Shown in pieces: positions 1 through 11,117 of a DNA stretch of 64,000 bases. This DNA comes from Escherichia coli (lineage in GTDB: Bacteria > Pseudomonadota > Gammaproteobacteria > Enterobacterales > Enterobacteriaceae). Position numbers and translations under genes: made by a program. Position 1 is the first letter of the stretch; the number at the start of each line of letters is the position of its first letter. The notes beneath the pieces were generated by a model, which searched no databases, was not told the origin of the DNA, and saw only the letters and a program-made list of their open reading frames with translations. The DNA lies in NCBI RefSeq assembly GCF_044324785.1, contig NZ_CP172127.1. One strand, 5' to 3'.

Positions 1-251
1 GCCAGATTTGCCACTTCCTCCAATGGGATATTATGGCTTTCAGCGAGCTTCTGATAACTCTCTTTCCGTGCCTGATTGATATTTGCTACCAGCTCTCGTG
101 TTTCTGGATCAGTGCTTATAGCCGCAAGGTAGCCATTATGCCTTTCACCTACCCGCCCCTGACTTCTGGCTTCATTCAGGGTTAATGCCATCGCACTACT
201 GCTCACCAGACCAATAATCCATACCGCTATGAGTAATGTTCTTTTCATCAT
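1..251 (-). CDS. ydbL: YdbL (DUF1318 periplasmic protein), 3' part cut by the window edge; start at the Met-Met at 251..246
   Basis: Hand translation of the reverse complement is open from position 3 to an ATG at 249-251, giving MMKRTLLIAVWIIGLVSSSAMA..., a signal-peptide-like N-terminus. It lies downstream of ynbE, matching the K-12 ydbH-ynbE-ydbL order. Confidence 0.7.
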   Translation of the reverse strand, partial: MMKRTLLIAVWIIGLVSSSAMALTLNEARSQGRVGERHNGYLAAISTDPETRELVANINQARKESYQKLAESHNIPLEEVANL

Positions 252-255
252 TACC

Positions 256-441
256 TCAGAAAAGATCGCTACGAGTTTCAAGCAGCTCTTCGACATCTTT
301 GTCTGCCTTGATGATGATCTCATGCTCAATTTTAACGTTCATATTGATAGTGATCGGTTCCTTAGGTGCAGCGACTTCAATGCGAGGCGTACAGCCAACC
401 AGCATAAAAGATGACGTCAACGCAGCCAGTAAAATTTTCAT
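256..441 (-). CDS. ynbE: YnbE lipoprotein, 61 aa
   Basis: ORF track 61 aa MKILLAALTSSFMLVGCTPRIE... with a lipobox. Its start overlaps the ydbH stop by 4 nt. Confidence 0.85.
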   Translation of the reverse strand: MKILLAALTSSFMLVGCTPRIEVAAPKEPITINMNVKIEHEIIIKADKDVEELLETRSDLF

Positions 442-3077
442 TGTTTTTCCTCACACTCTTTTCCTTGCGGACAGTCATTTCCCGGCAGACGCGCGTTCTG
501 CTCCAACCATGCCTGGAGATTATCGCCAAAGCGTAAACTGCGCCACAGCGTAAAAATATTCTCTTCATGATGGTAATTAAGGTTTACCGTACCGCTTTTA
601 CCATCAACGCGACTGGTGCCTGTAATGTTGGCCTGCATGGTTAATAAACCGAGATTATCTAAGTTAATTTTTGTCGATGAACGGCTAATTTCCATATAGC
701 GCAACCAGTTAATTGCTGAACCCGCGGTCATATTGTCTTTCACTACCGCATCTGCGGTGTCTTTATCCAGCCGCAAGGTCATTGGCCCGCTATTTGCCAG
801 CCAACCATCTTTCACTATCCATTTTTCGTTGTTTAGCCATAACGGCAATGCACCACTAAATGCCCCGGACATGGCGAATTGTTTCGGATTGACGGCGCTA
901 ACCAGTTCGCTGGATGAGAGATTATTCAGCCGCAACAGCGCCGGGTCATGTTGCGGCATACGTAATTGTTTCATCAGCACGTTACCGCCTAACACATCGA
1001 CGCTAACATCAGTCAACAGCAATGGTTCTTCTTCTGTCCACGGATAGCGCCCTTGCAAATCAGCCGTAATATTTTTCGCTGTCACCAGATTAATCACTTC
1101 GGCAATTCGCAACGTAACGGGGCCGCGAGTCCCCAGATGCCAGGCTCCATCGGCAAAACGGAAAGGCAGGACAAAATCGACACCGTTAACCTGATTATCT
1201 GGCATCCAGGCACTACCGCCTTTCAACACACCGTGCCCTCCCGCGCGGAATCCTTGTTCAGGCGCAGCAGAAAATGCGACCTGGGCATATAGTTCGCCAT
1301 CGCGTAAGTTCATCTTCCAGTCGGGTGGCACCAGCGGCTGGAATACGGTCAGTGATTGTTTAGGCCACCAGGCGTTACCGCGCAGACGAATACCGTCCCA
1401 GCGACCACTTACCCGAACCGGGCCAATCTCACCAGCATGTAAATCGCCTTTAAAAAGGAAATACGTCGGATCGCGTCCATCGACGCTAAATTTTAAGGTT
1501 GATGGCGGTAACACACTGCCGCCAGTGAACAGCGTTTGCCCGGCGTCCAGTGACAGCGCGCCGCTAAAGGAGGGATGCTGTGCGTCACGTACCCAGACGA
1601 CGGGCTTGTCGAGAATTAGTCGCGGCTTTTCTACCGTCATCGTACCGTATTGTAACTGGTCGAAACCGGTGGAGAGATCGGTCAGCGTAATCGTGCTGTC
1701 ATGCCACTCACCCTTTCCTGCGACGTCCCAGGTGGCATTCATCGGTGTAAAACTGCCTTTTCCCCAGTAGCGCCACTGCCAGCGGCCAGCGTCAGGGAGA
1801 AAATCATTCGCCAGTCCATCCATATGCAGCACGAAATCGCCCAGTTCATTTTCATGCGCCTGCAAAATGGCCTGCAAACGTCCGTCAACACCACGTTGGG
1901 TGACTTTTACACCCGCTAAAGGCCAGCGGATTTCATCGATGTCCAGCGAATCGATGACTCTTCCCTTCGAACGTAATAACGCGCCTGGCTCAAAGGCCAG
2001 CGTTGGGTCAGTCAGACTTCCGCTTAGCTGCGCAGGTAAGCGGGCATATAAAATGAGATCCGCCTGTTTCGCTTCACCGGTCAGCTGCAAAGGCAGCTGG
2101 CTGTTATCCATGCTTAATTTTCCAGGGCCAAAATTAAGCACCGCGTTGCCTTTACCCGCTTGCCCCTGGGTCAGCACACTAAGTCGTCCGCTGACCAGAG
2201 CGTTCTCGAGCCCTGCCTGCCAGTTGTCGACTTTGACACCCAGTCGGCCACTCAAAGGAAAACCTGCATACGGCCAACTCCAGCGACCATCGCTTACGGT
2301 CAATTGTTGACGAGTAATTTGCCACGGCAAATCGAGCAACGGATCGCCGTTATCCCGTGCCAGCACAATCAATTGCCCGCTATTTTCCTGCCAGTCCAGC
2401 TCTGCATCCACCAGTGACGGTTCCTGCGGCAAGTTAAACGTCGCAGTAGTATGCCCACTGACAGGAAGTCCATCCGGCACGAGCGGCATAGTAAATTCCC
2501 CCGCCAGTTTAACCGGCGGCTGATTTTCAAACGCGACGACATCCAGTTCGCTGACTGTAAGTTGTTGCCCTTTCAGCTGGCCTTGAAATTTAACTTTTTC
2601 GCCCTGATAACGCAGTTGCTGGATATCAGAGGTTAATGCGAGAGAGAGTTTTCCCTGCCATTCCTGCCAGGGAGAAAAAATCAGTTTATCGATATTGATC
2701 CAGGTGTTAGGCAGCATGGACTGCCACTGCGCGAGGGTTTTTGGAGCGGCTGGCGATTGCTCCGTCTGCGGCAATTTCGCCAGACAAGCAGAATCAAGTT
2801 CTACCGTGCCGACGTTCAATAACCAGCGGCTGGGATGTGAAAGGCTGGCGTTGGTGATATGCGCAAGCTGACAATCTCCCACCAGATAACGGAGATCGGG
2901 AATGATTAAACCTTTACGCGTAATGCGTGGGCTTTCATCTAATGCAATACGTGTCCCGAGCGGTAGCCAGATGCCCGCCAGCGTGGGAACCCACAAGCCG
3001 AGCGTCATCAGCAGCGTCAACGGCACAAGAATAATCAGTAATAACAGCGCGAGAACGGCTTTATATTTACCCAGCAT
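438..3077 (-). CDS. ydbH: YdbH, large AsmA-like periplasmic/membrane protein, 879 aa
   Basis: 879-aa ORF with N-terminal TM segment. Size and position, divergent from ldhA, match K-12 ydbH. Confidence 0.85.
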   Translation of the reverse strand: MLGKYKAVLALLLLIILVPLTLLMTLGLWVPTLAGIWLPLGTRIALDESPRITRKGLIIPDLRYLVGDCQLAHITNASLSHPSRWLLNVGTVELDSACLAKLPQTEQSPAAPKTLAQWQSMLPNTWINIDKLIFSPWQEWQGKLSLALTSDIQQLRYQGEKVKFQGQLKGQQLTVSELDVVAFENQPPVKLAGEFTMPLVPDGLPVSGHTTATFNLPQEPSLVDAELDWQENSGQLIVLARDNGDPLLDLPWQITRQQLTVSDGRWSWPYAGFPLSGRLGVKVDNWQAGLENALVSGRLSVLTQGQAGKGNAVLNFGPGKLSMDNSQLPLQLTGEAKQADLILYARLPAQLSGSLTDPTLAFEPGALLRSKGRVIDSLDIDEIRWPLAGVKVTQRGVDGRLQAILQAHENELGDFVLHMDGLANDFLPDAGRWQWRYWGKGSFTPMNATWDVAGKGEWHDSTITLTDLSTGFDQLQYGTMTVEKPRLILDKPVVWVRDAQHPSFSGALSLDAGQTLFTGGSVLPPSTLKFSVDGRDPTYFLFKGDLHAGEIGPVRVSGRWDGIRLRGNAWWPKQSLTVFQPLVPPDWKMNLRDGELYAQVAFSAAPEQGFRAGGHGVLKGGSAWMPDNQVNGVDFVLPFRFADGAWHLGTRGPVTLRIAEVINLVTAKNITADLQGRYPWTEEEPLLLTDVSVDVLGGNVLMKQLRMPQHDPALLRLNNLSSSELVSAVNPKQFAMSGAFSGALPLWLNNEKWIVKDGWLANSGPMTLRLDKDTADAVVKDNMTAGSAINWLRYMEISRSSTKINLDNLGLLTMQANITGTSRVDGKSGTVNLNYHHEENIFTLWRSLRFGDNLQAWLEQNARLPGNDCPQGKECEEKQ

Positions 3078-3284
3078 GGGTAGTTAATATCCTGATTTAG
3101 CGAAAAATTAAGCATTCAATACGGGTATTGTGGCATGTTTAACCGTTCAGTTGAAGGTTGCGCCTACACTAAGCATAGTTGTTGATGAATTTTTCAATAT
3201 CGCCATGGCTTTCAATTATATTTGAAATTTTGTAAAATATTTTTAGTAGCTTAAATGTGATTCAACATCACTGGAGAAAGTCTT

Positions 3285-4274
3285 ATGAAACTCGCCGTTT
3301 ATAGCACAAAACAGTACGACAAGAAGTACCTGCAACAGGTGAACGAGTCCTTTGGCTTTGAGCTGGAATTTTTTGACTTTCTGCTGACGGAAAAAACCGC
3401 TAAAACGGCCAATGGCTGCGAAGCGGTATGTATTTTCGTAAACGATGACGGCAGCCGCCCGGTGCTGGAAGAGCTGAAAAAGCACGGCGTTAAATATATC
3501 GCCCTGCGCTGTGCCGGTTTCAATAACGTCGACCTTGACGCGGCAAAAGAACTGGGGCTGAAAGTAGTCCGTGTTCCAGCCTATGATCCAGAAGCCGTTG
3601 CTGAACACGCCATCGGTATGATGATGACGCTGAACCGCCGTATTCATCGCGCGTATCAGCGTACTCGTGACGCCAACTTCTCTCTGGAAGGTCTGACCGG
3701 CTTTACTATGTATGGCAAAACGGCAGGCGTTATCGGTACCGGTAAAATCGGTGTGGCGATGCTGCGCATTCTGAAAGGTTTTGGTATGCGTCTGCTGGCG
3801 TTCGATCCGTATCCAAGTGCGGCGGCACTGGAACTCGGTGTGGAGTATGTCGATCTGCCAACCCTGTTCTCTGAATCAGACGTTATCTCTCTGCACTGCC
3901 CGCTGACACCGGAAAACTACCATCTGTTGAACGAAGCCGCCTTTGATCAGATGAAAAATGGCGTGATGATCGTCAATACCAGTCGCGGTGCATTGATTGA
4001 TTCTCAGGCGGCAATTGAAGCGCTGAAAAATCAGAAAATTGGTTCGTTGGGTATGGACGTGTATGAGAACGAACGCGATCTGTTCTTTGAAGACAAATCC
4101 AACGACGTGATCCAGGATGACGTATTCCGTCGTCTGTCTGCCTGCCACAACGTGCTGTTTACCGGGCACCAGGCATTCCTGACAGCAGAAGCACTGACCA
4201 GTATTTCTCAGACTACGCTGCAAAACTTAAGCAATCTGGAAAAAGGCGAAACCAGCCCGAACGAACTGGTTTAA
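3285..4274 (+). CDS. ldhA: D-lactate dehydrogenase (fermentative), 329 aa
   Basis: MKLAVYSTKQYDKKYLQQVNESFGFELEFFDF... is a 2-hydroxyacid dehydrogenase. GGAG lies 8 nt upstream of the ATG. Confidence 0.95.
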   Translation: MKLAVYSTKQYDKKYLQQVNESFGFELEFFDFLLTEKTAKTANGCEAVCIFVNDDGSRPVLEELKKHGVKYIALRCAGFNNVDLDAAKELGLKVVRVPAYDPEAVAEHAIGMMMTLNRRIHRAYQRTRDANFSLEGLTGFTMYGKTAGVIGTGKIGVAMLRILKGFGMRLLAFDPYPSAAALELGVEYVDLPTLFSESDVISLHCPLTPENYHLLNEAAFDQMKNGVMIVNTSRGALIDSQAAIEALKNQKIGSLGMDVYENERDLFFEDKSNDVIQDDVFRRLSACHNVLFTGHQAFLTAEALTSISQTTLQNLSNLEKGETSPNELV

Positions 4275-4281
4275 TCTTGCC

Positions 4282-4310
4282 GCTCCCCTGCATTCCAGGG
4301 GAGCTTATTC
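4282..4310 (+). terminator. Intrinsic terminator of ldhA
   Basis: GCTCCCCTG-cattc-CAGGGGAGC hairpin followed by a T-rich tract, directly after the ldhA stop. Confidence 0.7.
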
Positions 4311-4384
4311 AGATAATCCCCAAAGACCTTTCATCCTCTATTCTTAAAATAGTCCTGAGTCAGAAACTGTAATTGAGAACCACA

Positions 4385-4807
4385 ATGAAGAAAGTAGCCG
4401 CGCTCGTTGCGCTAAGCCTGCTGATGGCGGGATGTGTAAGTAATGACAAAATTGCTGTAACCCCAGAACAGCTACAGCATCATCGCTTTGTGCTGGAAAG
4501 CGTAAACGGTAAGCCCGTGACCAGCGATAAAAATCCGCCAGAAATCAGCTTTGGTGAAAAGATGATGATTTCCGGCAGCATGTGTAACCGCTTTAGCGGT
4601 GAAGGCAAACTGTCTAATGGTGAACTGACAGCCAAAGGGCTGGCAATGACCCGTATGATGTGCGCTAACCCGCAGCTTAATGAACTCGATAACACCATTA
4701 GCGAAATGCTGAAAGAAGGTGCACAAGTGGATCTGACCGCGAACCAGTTAACGCTGGCGACCGCGAAACAGACATTAACTTATAAGCTGGCGGATTTAAT
4801 GAATTAA
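4385..4807 (+). CDS. hslJ: Heat-shock lipoprotein HslJ
   Basis: MKKVAALVALSLLMAGCVSN... has a lipobox. The ORF-track start at 4373 is probably too far upstream, and the MKK start at 4385 is preferred. Confidence 0.85.
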   Translation: MKKVAALVALSLLMAGCVSNDKIAVTPEQLQHHRFVLESVNGKPVTSDKNPPEISFGEKMMISGSMCNRFSGEGKLSNGELTAKGLAMTRMMCANPQLNELDNTISEMLKEGAQVDLTANQLTLATAKQTLTYKLADLMN

Positions 4808-5070
4808 TAGCTGCCACAGCTCCCGGCGGCAAGTGACTGTTCGCTACAGCGTTTGCCGTTGGGTAATGCACACATCCCAATCGCCGTACCATCCAGTTGA
4901 CGGGCAACAGAAAGCGAACCGCCGATCATTGCACAATTTGCTTCTCCACTACTGGACATCGACGCTTTTAAACCTGGCGCTACGTGCGCCGCAGTCGCCT
5001 GTTGAACAGGTTCACTACTACACGCCGACAACAATAAAGCGGCACACCCTACCCAAAACGCTGCTCGCAT
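4804..5070 (-). CDS. ydbJ: YdbJ, DUF333 small secreted protein, 88 aa
   Basis: 88-aa ORF with signal peptide MRAAFWVGCAALLLSACS. It is convergent with hslJ, with overlapping stops. Confidence 0.8.
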   Translation of the reverse strand: MRAAFWVGCAALLLSACSSEPVQQATAAHVAPGLKASMSSSGEANCAMIGGSLSVARQLDGTAIGMCALPNGKRCSEQSLAAGSCGSY

Positions 5071-5343
5071 CTTTTCTTCCTCTGATCTTCAAGCCAAACG
5101 ACACCGCCATAAATAATAGGCAGCACAGAGGGCGACGTCGAGAGCTGTCCTGCGCGTTGCCCCGCATTTTTACTTTTTTATGGCTATTTTTTTGCCCTCT
5201 GTTTGATCAAAACATTCATTACGCTGATGTGGGGGACACAAAAGCGAAAATGCAGAAGAAAGCCATTTGCTAAAATTGAAAGATAACTACTGGGCGCGCA
5301 GCAATTTCGTGCGCCCCTCATTTGCGCAATGTAAGGGTGTCAT

Positions 5344-8300
5344 ATGATTACTATTGACGGTAATGGCGCGGTTGCTTCGGTGGCGTTTCGCACCAGTGAA
5401 GTTATCGCCATCTACCCTATTACCCCCAGTTCCACGATGGCAGAACAGGCTGATGCATGGGCCGGAAACGGCTTGAAAAACGTCTGGGGAGACACACCAC
5501 GCGTGGTTGAAATGCAGTCGGAAGCAGGTGCTATCGCTACCGTGCATGGCGCTTTGCAGACGGGTGCCCTTTCAACATCGTTTACGTCATCGCAGGGTTT
5601 GCTGCTGATGATCCCGACGCTGTACAAACTGGCAGGCGAACTCACACCGTTTGTCCTACATGTAGCGGCACGTACCGTTGCCACACATGCACTCTCTATT
5701 TTTGGCGATCATTCCGACGTCATGGCGGTGCGCCAGACGGGTTGCGCGATGTTGTGTGCGGCAAACGTCCAGGAAGCGCAAGACTTTGCTCTCATTTCGC
5801 ACATCGCGACGCTGAAAAGCCGCGTGCCATTTATTCATTTCTTTGATGGTTTCCGCACGTCCCACGAAATCAATAAAATTGTCCCGCTGGCCGATGACAC
5901 GATTCTTGATCTCATGCCGCAGGCCGAAATTGATGCTCATCGCGCCCGGGCACTCAACCCGGAACATCCGGTGATCCGCGGTACGTCCGCCAATCCTGAC
6001 ACTTATTTCCAGTCTCGCGAAGCCACCAACCCCTGGTACAACGCGGTCTATGACCATGTTGAGCAGGCGATGAATGATTTCGCTGCCGCGACAGGTCGTC
6101 AGTATCAGCCGTTTGAGTATTACGGGCATCCGCAAGCTGAACGAGTGATTATCCTGATGGGCTCAGCCATTGGCACCTGTGAAGAAGTGGTTGATGAATT
6201 GCTAACCCGTGGCGAAAAAGTCGGCGTGCTGAAAATTCGCCTGTACCGCCCCTTCTCAGCCAAACACTTGCTACAAGCTCTGCCGGGATCCGTACGCAGC
6301 GTGGCGGTACTGGACAGAACCAAAGAACCCGGTGCCCAGGCAGAACCGCTCTATCTGGATGTGATGACCGCACTGGCAGAAGCCTTTAATAATGGCGAGC
6401 GCGAAACCCTGCCCCGTGTCATTGGTGGGCGCTATGGTCTTTCATCCAAAGAATTTGGCCCGGACTGTGTACTGGCGGTATTTGCCGAGCTCAACGCGGC
6501 TAAACCGAAAGCGCGCTTTACGGTTGGTATTTACGATGATGTGACCAATCTGTCACTGCCGTTGCCGGAAAACACCCTGCCAAACTCGGCGAAACTTGAA
6601 GCCTTGTTTTATGGCCTTGGTAGTGATGGCAGCGTTTCCGCGACCAAAAACAATATCAAGATTATCGGTAATTCCACGCCGTGGTACGCACAGGGCTATT
6701 TTGTTTACGACTCCAAAAAGGCGGGCGGCCTGACGGTTTCTCACCTTCGCGTGAGCGAGCAGCCGATTCGTTCCGCTTATCTCATTTCCCAGGCTGATTT
6801 TGTTGGCTGCCACCAGTTGCAGTTTATCGATAAATATCAGATGGTTGAACGTTTAAAACCTAGCGGCATTTTCCTGCTCAACACGCCGTACAGCGCAGAT
6901 GAAGTGTGGTCGCGCTTGCCGCAGGAAGTTCAGGCCGTGTTAAACCAGAAAAAAGCGCGCTTCTATGTGATTAACGCGGCGAAAATCGCCCGCGAATGTG
7001 GCCTGGCGGCCCGTATTAATACCGTCATGCAGATGGCTTTTTTCCATCTGACGCAAATTCTGCCTGGCGATAGCGCCCTCGCAGAATTGCAGGGTGCGAT
7101 TGCCAAAAGTTACAGTAGCAAAGGTCAGGATCTGGTGGAGCGCAACTGGCAGGCTCTGGCGCTGGCGCGTGAATCCGTAGAAGAAGTTCCGTTGCAGCCG
7201 GTTAATCCGCACAGCGCCAATCGACCGCCTGTGGTTTCCGATGCCGCTCCTGATTTCGTGAAAACCGTTACCGCGGCGATGCTCGCCGGGCTTGGTGATG
7301 CCCTCCCCGTTTCGGCGCTGCCGCCAGACGGCACCTGGCCGATGGGCACCACGCGCTGGGAAAAACGCAATATCGCCGAAGAGATCCCCATCTGGAAAGA
7401 GGAACTCTGTACCCAATGTAACCACTGCGTCGCCGCTTGCCCACACTCAGCTATTCGCGCAAAAGTGGTACCGCCTGAAGCGATGGAAAACGCCCCTGCC
7501 AGCCTGCATTCGCTGGATGTGAAATCGCGTGATATGCGCGGGCAGAAATATGTCTTGCAGGTGGCACCGGAAGATTGCACCGGCTGTAACCTGTGCGTCG
7601 AAGTTTGCCCGGCGAAAGACCGTCAGAATCCAGAGATTAAAGCCATCAATATGATGTCGCGCCTGGAACATGTCGAAGAAGAGAAAATCAATTACGATTT
7701 CTTCCTCAACCTGCCAGAAATCGACCGTAGCAAACTGGAACGTATTGATATTCGTACATCGCAGCTGATTACACCGCTGTTTGAATATTCAGGTGCTTGC
7801 TCCGGTTGTGGCGAGACGCCGTATATTAAATTGCTGACTCAGCTCTATGGCGACCGGATGTTGATCGCTAACGCCACGGGCTGTTCTTCAATTTATGGCG
7901 GTAACCTGCCCTCTACACCGTATACTACCGATGCCAACGGTCGAGGACCGGCATGGGCGAACTCGCTGTTTGAAGATAACGCCGAATTTGGCCTTGGTTT
8001 CCGCCTGACGGTCGATCAACACCGTGTCCGCGTGCTGCGTCTGCTGGATCAATTTGCCGATAAAATCCCGGCTGAATTACTAACTGCGTTGAAATCAGAC
8101 GCCACGCCAGAGGTTCGTCGTGAACAGGTTGCAGCTTTACGCCAGCAACTCAAAGATGTTGCCGAAGCACATGAACTGCTACGTGACGCAGATGCGCTGG
8201 TGGAAAAATCAATCTGGCTGATTGGCGGCGACGGCTGGGCTTACGATATCGGCTTTGGCGGTTTGGATCATGTATTGAGTTTGACAGAAAACGTCAACAT

Positions 8301-8868
8301 TCTGGTGCTGGATACGCAATGCTATTCCAACACCGGTGGTCAGGCGTCGAAAGCGACACCGCTGGGTGCAGTAACTAAGTTCGGCGAGCACGGCAAACGT
8401 AAAGCGCGTAAAGATCTTGGCGTCAGTATGATGATGTACGGTCATGTTTATGTGGCGCAGATTTCTCTCGGCGCGCAGCTCAACCAGACGGTGAAAGCGA
8501 TTCAGGAAGCGGAAGCGTATCCGGGGCCATCGCTGATCATCGCTTATAGCCCCTGTGAAGAGCATGGTTACGATCTGGCACTCAGTCACGACCAGATGCG
8601 CCAACTCACTGCTACCGGCTTCTGGCCGCTATATCGCTTTGATCCGCGTCGTGCCGATGAAGGCAAACTGCCGCTGGCGCTGGATTCACGCCCGCCGTCA
8701 GAAGCACTGGAAGAAACGTTACTTCATGAGCAGCGTTTCCGTCGTCTGAATTCGCTGCAGCCAGAAGTGGCAGAACAGTTATGGAAAGATGCTGCAGCTG
8801 ATTTGCAAAAACGCTATGACTTCCTGGCACAAATGGCCGGAAAAGCGGAAAAAAGCAACACCGATTAA
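5344..8868 (+). CDS. ydbK: Pyruvate:flavodoxin/ferredoxin oxidoreductase, 1174 aa
   Basis: 1174-aa ORF with two 4Fe-4S ferredoxin motifs (CTQCNHCVAACP, CTGCNLCVEVCP) and a TPP-binding GDG motif. Length matches E. coli YdbK/Pfo. Confidence 0.95.
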   Translation: MITIDGNGAVASVAFRTSEVIAIYPITPSSTMAEQADAWAGNGLKNVWGDTPRVVEMQSEAGAIATVHGALQTGALSTSFTSSQGLLLMIPTLYKLAGELTPFVLHVAARTVATHALSIFGDHSDVMAVRQTGCAMLCAANVQEAQDFALISHIATLKSRVPFIHFFDGFRTSHEINKIVPLADDTILDLMPQAEIDAHRARALNPEHPVIRGTSANPDTYFQSREATNPWYNAVYDHVEQAMNDFAAATGRQYQPFEYYGHPQAERVIILMGSAIGTCEEVVDELLTRGEKVGVLKIRLYRPFSAKHLLQALPGSVRSVAVLDRTKEPGAQAEPLYLDVMTALAEAFNNGERETLPRVIGGRYGLSSKEFGPDCVLAVFAELNAAKPKARFTVGIYDDVTNLSLPLPENTLPNSAKLEALFYGLGSDGSVSATKNNIKIIGNSTPWYAQGYFVYDSKKAGGLTVSHLRVSEQPIRSAYLISQADFVGCHQLQFIDKYQMVERLKPSGIFLLNTPYSADEVWSRLPQEVQAVLNQKKARFYVINAAKIARECGLAARINTVMQMAFFHLTQILPGDSALAELQGAIAKSYSSKGQDLVERNWQALALARESVEEVPLQPVNPHSANRPPVVSDAAPDFVKTVTAAMLAGLGDALPVSALPPDGTWPMGTTRWEKRNIAEEIPIWKEELCTQCNHCVAACPHSAIRAKVVPPEAMENAPASLHSLDVKSRDMRGQKYVLQVAPEDCTGCNLCVEVCPAKDRQNPEIKAINMMSRLEHVEEEKINYDFFLNLPEIDRSKLERIDIRTSQLITPLFEYSGACSGCGETPYIKLLTQLYGDRMLIANATGCSSIYGGNLPSTPYTTDANGRGPAWANSLFEDNAEFGLGFRLTVDQHRVRVLRLLDQFADKIPAELLTALKSDATPEVRREQVAALRQQLKDVAEAHELLRDADALVEKSIWLIGGDGWAYDIGFGGLDHVLSLTENVNILVLDTQCYSNTGGQASKATPLGAVTKFGEHGKRKARKDLGVSMMMYGHVYVAQISLGAQLNQTVKAIQEAEAYPGPSLIIAYSPCEEHGYDLALSHDQMRQLTATGFWPLYRFDPRRADEGKLPLALDSRPPSEALEETLLHEQRFRRLNSLQPEVAEQLWKDAAADLQKRYDFLAQMAGKAEKSNTD

Positions 8869-8896
8869 ATGTTCTGGATAAGAATTATCCAATTCT

Positions 8897-9006
8897 AAAA
8901 AAAAGCCCGAACGACTGTTCGGGCTTGTCTTTTTATATGTTGGAAAATCAGTGGCAATGCAATGGCCCAACAGAAAATAAAATCTGTGACAATAAAGGCA
9001 TATAAC
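8897..9006 (-). ncRNA. micC: MicC sRNA, Hfq-dependent repressor of ompC/ompD
   Basis: The reverse complement reads GTTATATGCCTTTATTGTCACAGATTTTATTTTCTGTTGGGCCATTGCATTGCCACTGATTTTCCAACATATAAAAAGACAAGCCCGAACAGTCGTTCGGGCTTTTTTTT, which matches the MicC sequence as I remember it. It sits in the pfo-ompN intergenic region as in K-12. Confidence 0.9.
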
Positions 9007-9233
9007 CCGCGCAGAATAACGTATAGCAAATTAAAAGTATAATTTTTATTTTGTATGTATTATCTCCAATACATTCACCAGACTTATTATCATTTCAGAA
9101 GAATTATTTGATTAAGGTTTTACTTAAGGCGTAACAAATAATATTTATCGGCTAACTGAACTTCTCCTTTAGGATGTTTTCACTCCCCGAAATGGGGATA
9201 AAAGGCAAATAAAATAACTAAAGGATTTATTCA

Positions 9234-10367
9234 ATGAAAAGCAAAGTACTGGCACTTTTAATTCCTGCCCTGCTCGCCGCAGGTGCTGCACATGCAGCCG
9301 AAGTTTATAATAAAGACGGCAACAAATTAGATCTGTATGGCAAAGTTGATGGCCTGCATTATTTTTCTGATAATTCAGCGAAAGATGGCGACCAGAGCTA
9401 TGCGCGTCTGGGTTTTAAAGGCGAAACCCAAATTAACGATCAACTAACTGGCTACGGTCAATGGGAATACAATATTCAGGCAAACAACACTGAATCCTCA
9501 AAAAACCAGTCATGGACCCGTCTGGCATTTGCCGGATTGAAATTTGCAGATTACGGTTCTTTCGATTACGGACGTAATTATGGCGTAATGTACGACATCG
9601 AAGGCTGGACCGATATGCTGCCTGAATTTGGCGGTGACTCTTATACCAATGCAGACAACTTTATGACTGGTCGAGCCAATGGCGTCGCGACTTATCGTAA
9701 TACTGATTTCTTCGGTCTGGTAAATGGTCTGAACTTCGCGGTGCAGTATCAAGGTAACAACGAAGGTGCCAGTAATGGTCAGGAAGGCACCAACAACGGA
9801 CGTGATGTTCGCCATGAAAACGGTGACGGCTGGGGTCTTTCCACAACATATGATTTAGGCATGGGCTTTAGCGCTGGTGCGGCATACACCTCTTCTGACC
9901 GCACCAATGACCAGGTTAACCATACTGCGGCGGGTGGTGATAAAGCAGACGCATGGACTGCTGGGCTAAAATACGATGCTAACAATATTTACCTGGCAAC
10001 CATGTATTCAGAAACGCGTAATATGACCCCGTTTGGCGACAGCGATTATGCTGTTGCAAACAAAACCCAGAACTTTGAAGTTACTGCACAGTACCAGTTT
10101 GATTTTGGTCTGCGTCCGGCAGTCTCTTTCCTGATGTCTAAAGGCCGTGACCTGCACGCTGCCGGTGGTGCAGACAACCCGGCAGGTGTTGATGATAAAG
10201 ATCTGGTTAAATACGCCGATGTTGGCGCGACTTACTATTTCAACAAAAATATGTCCACCTACGTTGACTATAAAATCAACCTGTTGGATGAAGATGACAG
10301 CTTCTACGCTGCCAACGGCATCTCTACCGATGATATTGTCGCTTTAGGTCTGGTTTATCAGTTCTAA
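9234..10367 (+). CDS. ompN: Outer-membrane porin OmpN, 377 aa
   Basis: Signal peptide [21 protein letters not shown], a general-porin fold sequence, and C-terminal ...GLVYQF. Confidence 0.9.
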   Translation: MKSKVLALLIPALLAAGAAHAAEVYNKDGNKLDLYGKVDGLHYFSDNSAKDGDQSYARLGFKGETQINDQLTGYGQWEYNIQANNTESSKNQSWTRLAFAGLKFADYGSFDYGRNYGVMYDIEGWTDMLPEFGGDSYTNADNFMTGRANGVATYRNTDFFGLVNGLNFAVQYQGNNEGASNGQEGTNNGRDVRHENGDGWGLSTTYDLGMGFSAGAAYTSSDRTNDQVNHTAAGGDKADAWTAGLKYDANNIYLATMYSETRNMTPFGDSDYAVANKTQNFEVTAQYQFDFGLRPAVSFLMSKGRDLHAAGGADNPAGVDDKDLVKYADVGATYYFNKNMSTYVDYKINLLDEDDSFYAANGISTDDIVALGLVYQF

Positions 10368-10375
10368 ATCCTCCT

Positions 10376-10400
10376 GCCCGCTGTTATGGCGGGCTTTTTC
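10376..10400 (+). terminator. Intrinsic terminator of ompN
   Basis: GCCCGCtgttatgGCGGGC followed by TTTTTC. Confidence 0.75.
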
Positions 10401-10426
10401 TGCTTATTCTTCCTCCTTTGATCTAA

Positions 10427-10942
<516 letters not shown>

Positions 10943-10950
10943 CACTAACG

Positions 10951-10975
10951 CCCGCACATTGCTGCGGGCTTTTTG
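10951..10975 (+). terminator. Intrinsic terminator of uspF
   Basis: CCCGCAcattgcTGCGGG followed by CTTTTT. Confidence 0.7.
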
Positions 10976-11117
10976 ATTCATTTCGCAAATGTGCTGACAT
11001 TTTCCCCTCTAATCCGTACCATACACGCCACTGTTTTTATATCAGATTTCTTATGCTGGGCATTCCGGCATGACGCATACTCTTCTGATGCCATATAACG
11101 AATTGAGTCGCTTTTAA

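Noticed and set aside
4833-5273. 146-aa plus-strand ORF overlapping ydbJ and the ydbJ-pfo intergenic region
   Set aside because: It is entirely antisense to the recognisable ydbJ gene and a promoter region, has no RBS, and gives a low-complexity translation. Called a spurious six-frame ORF.
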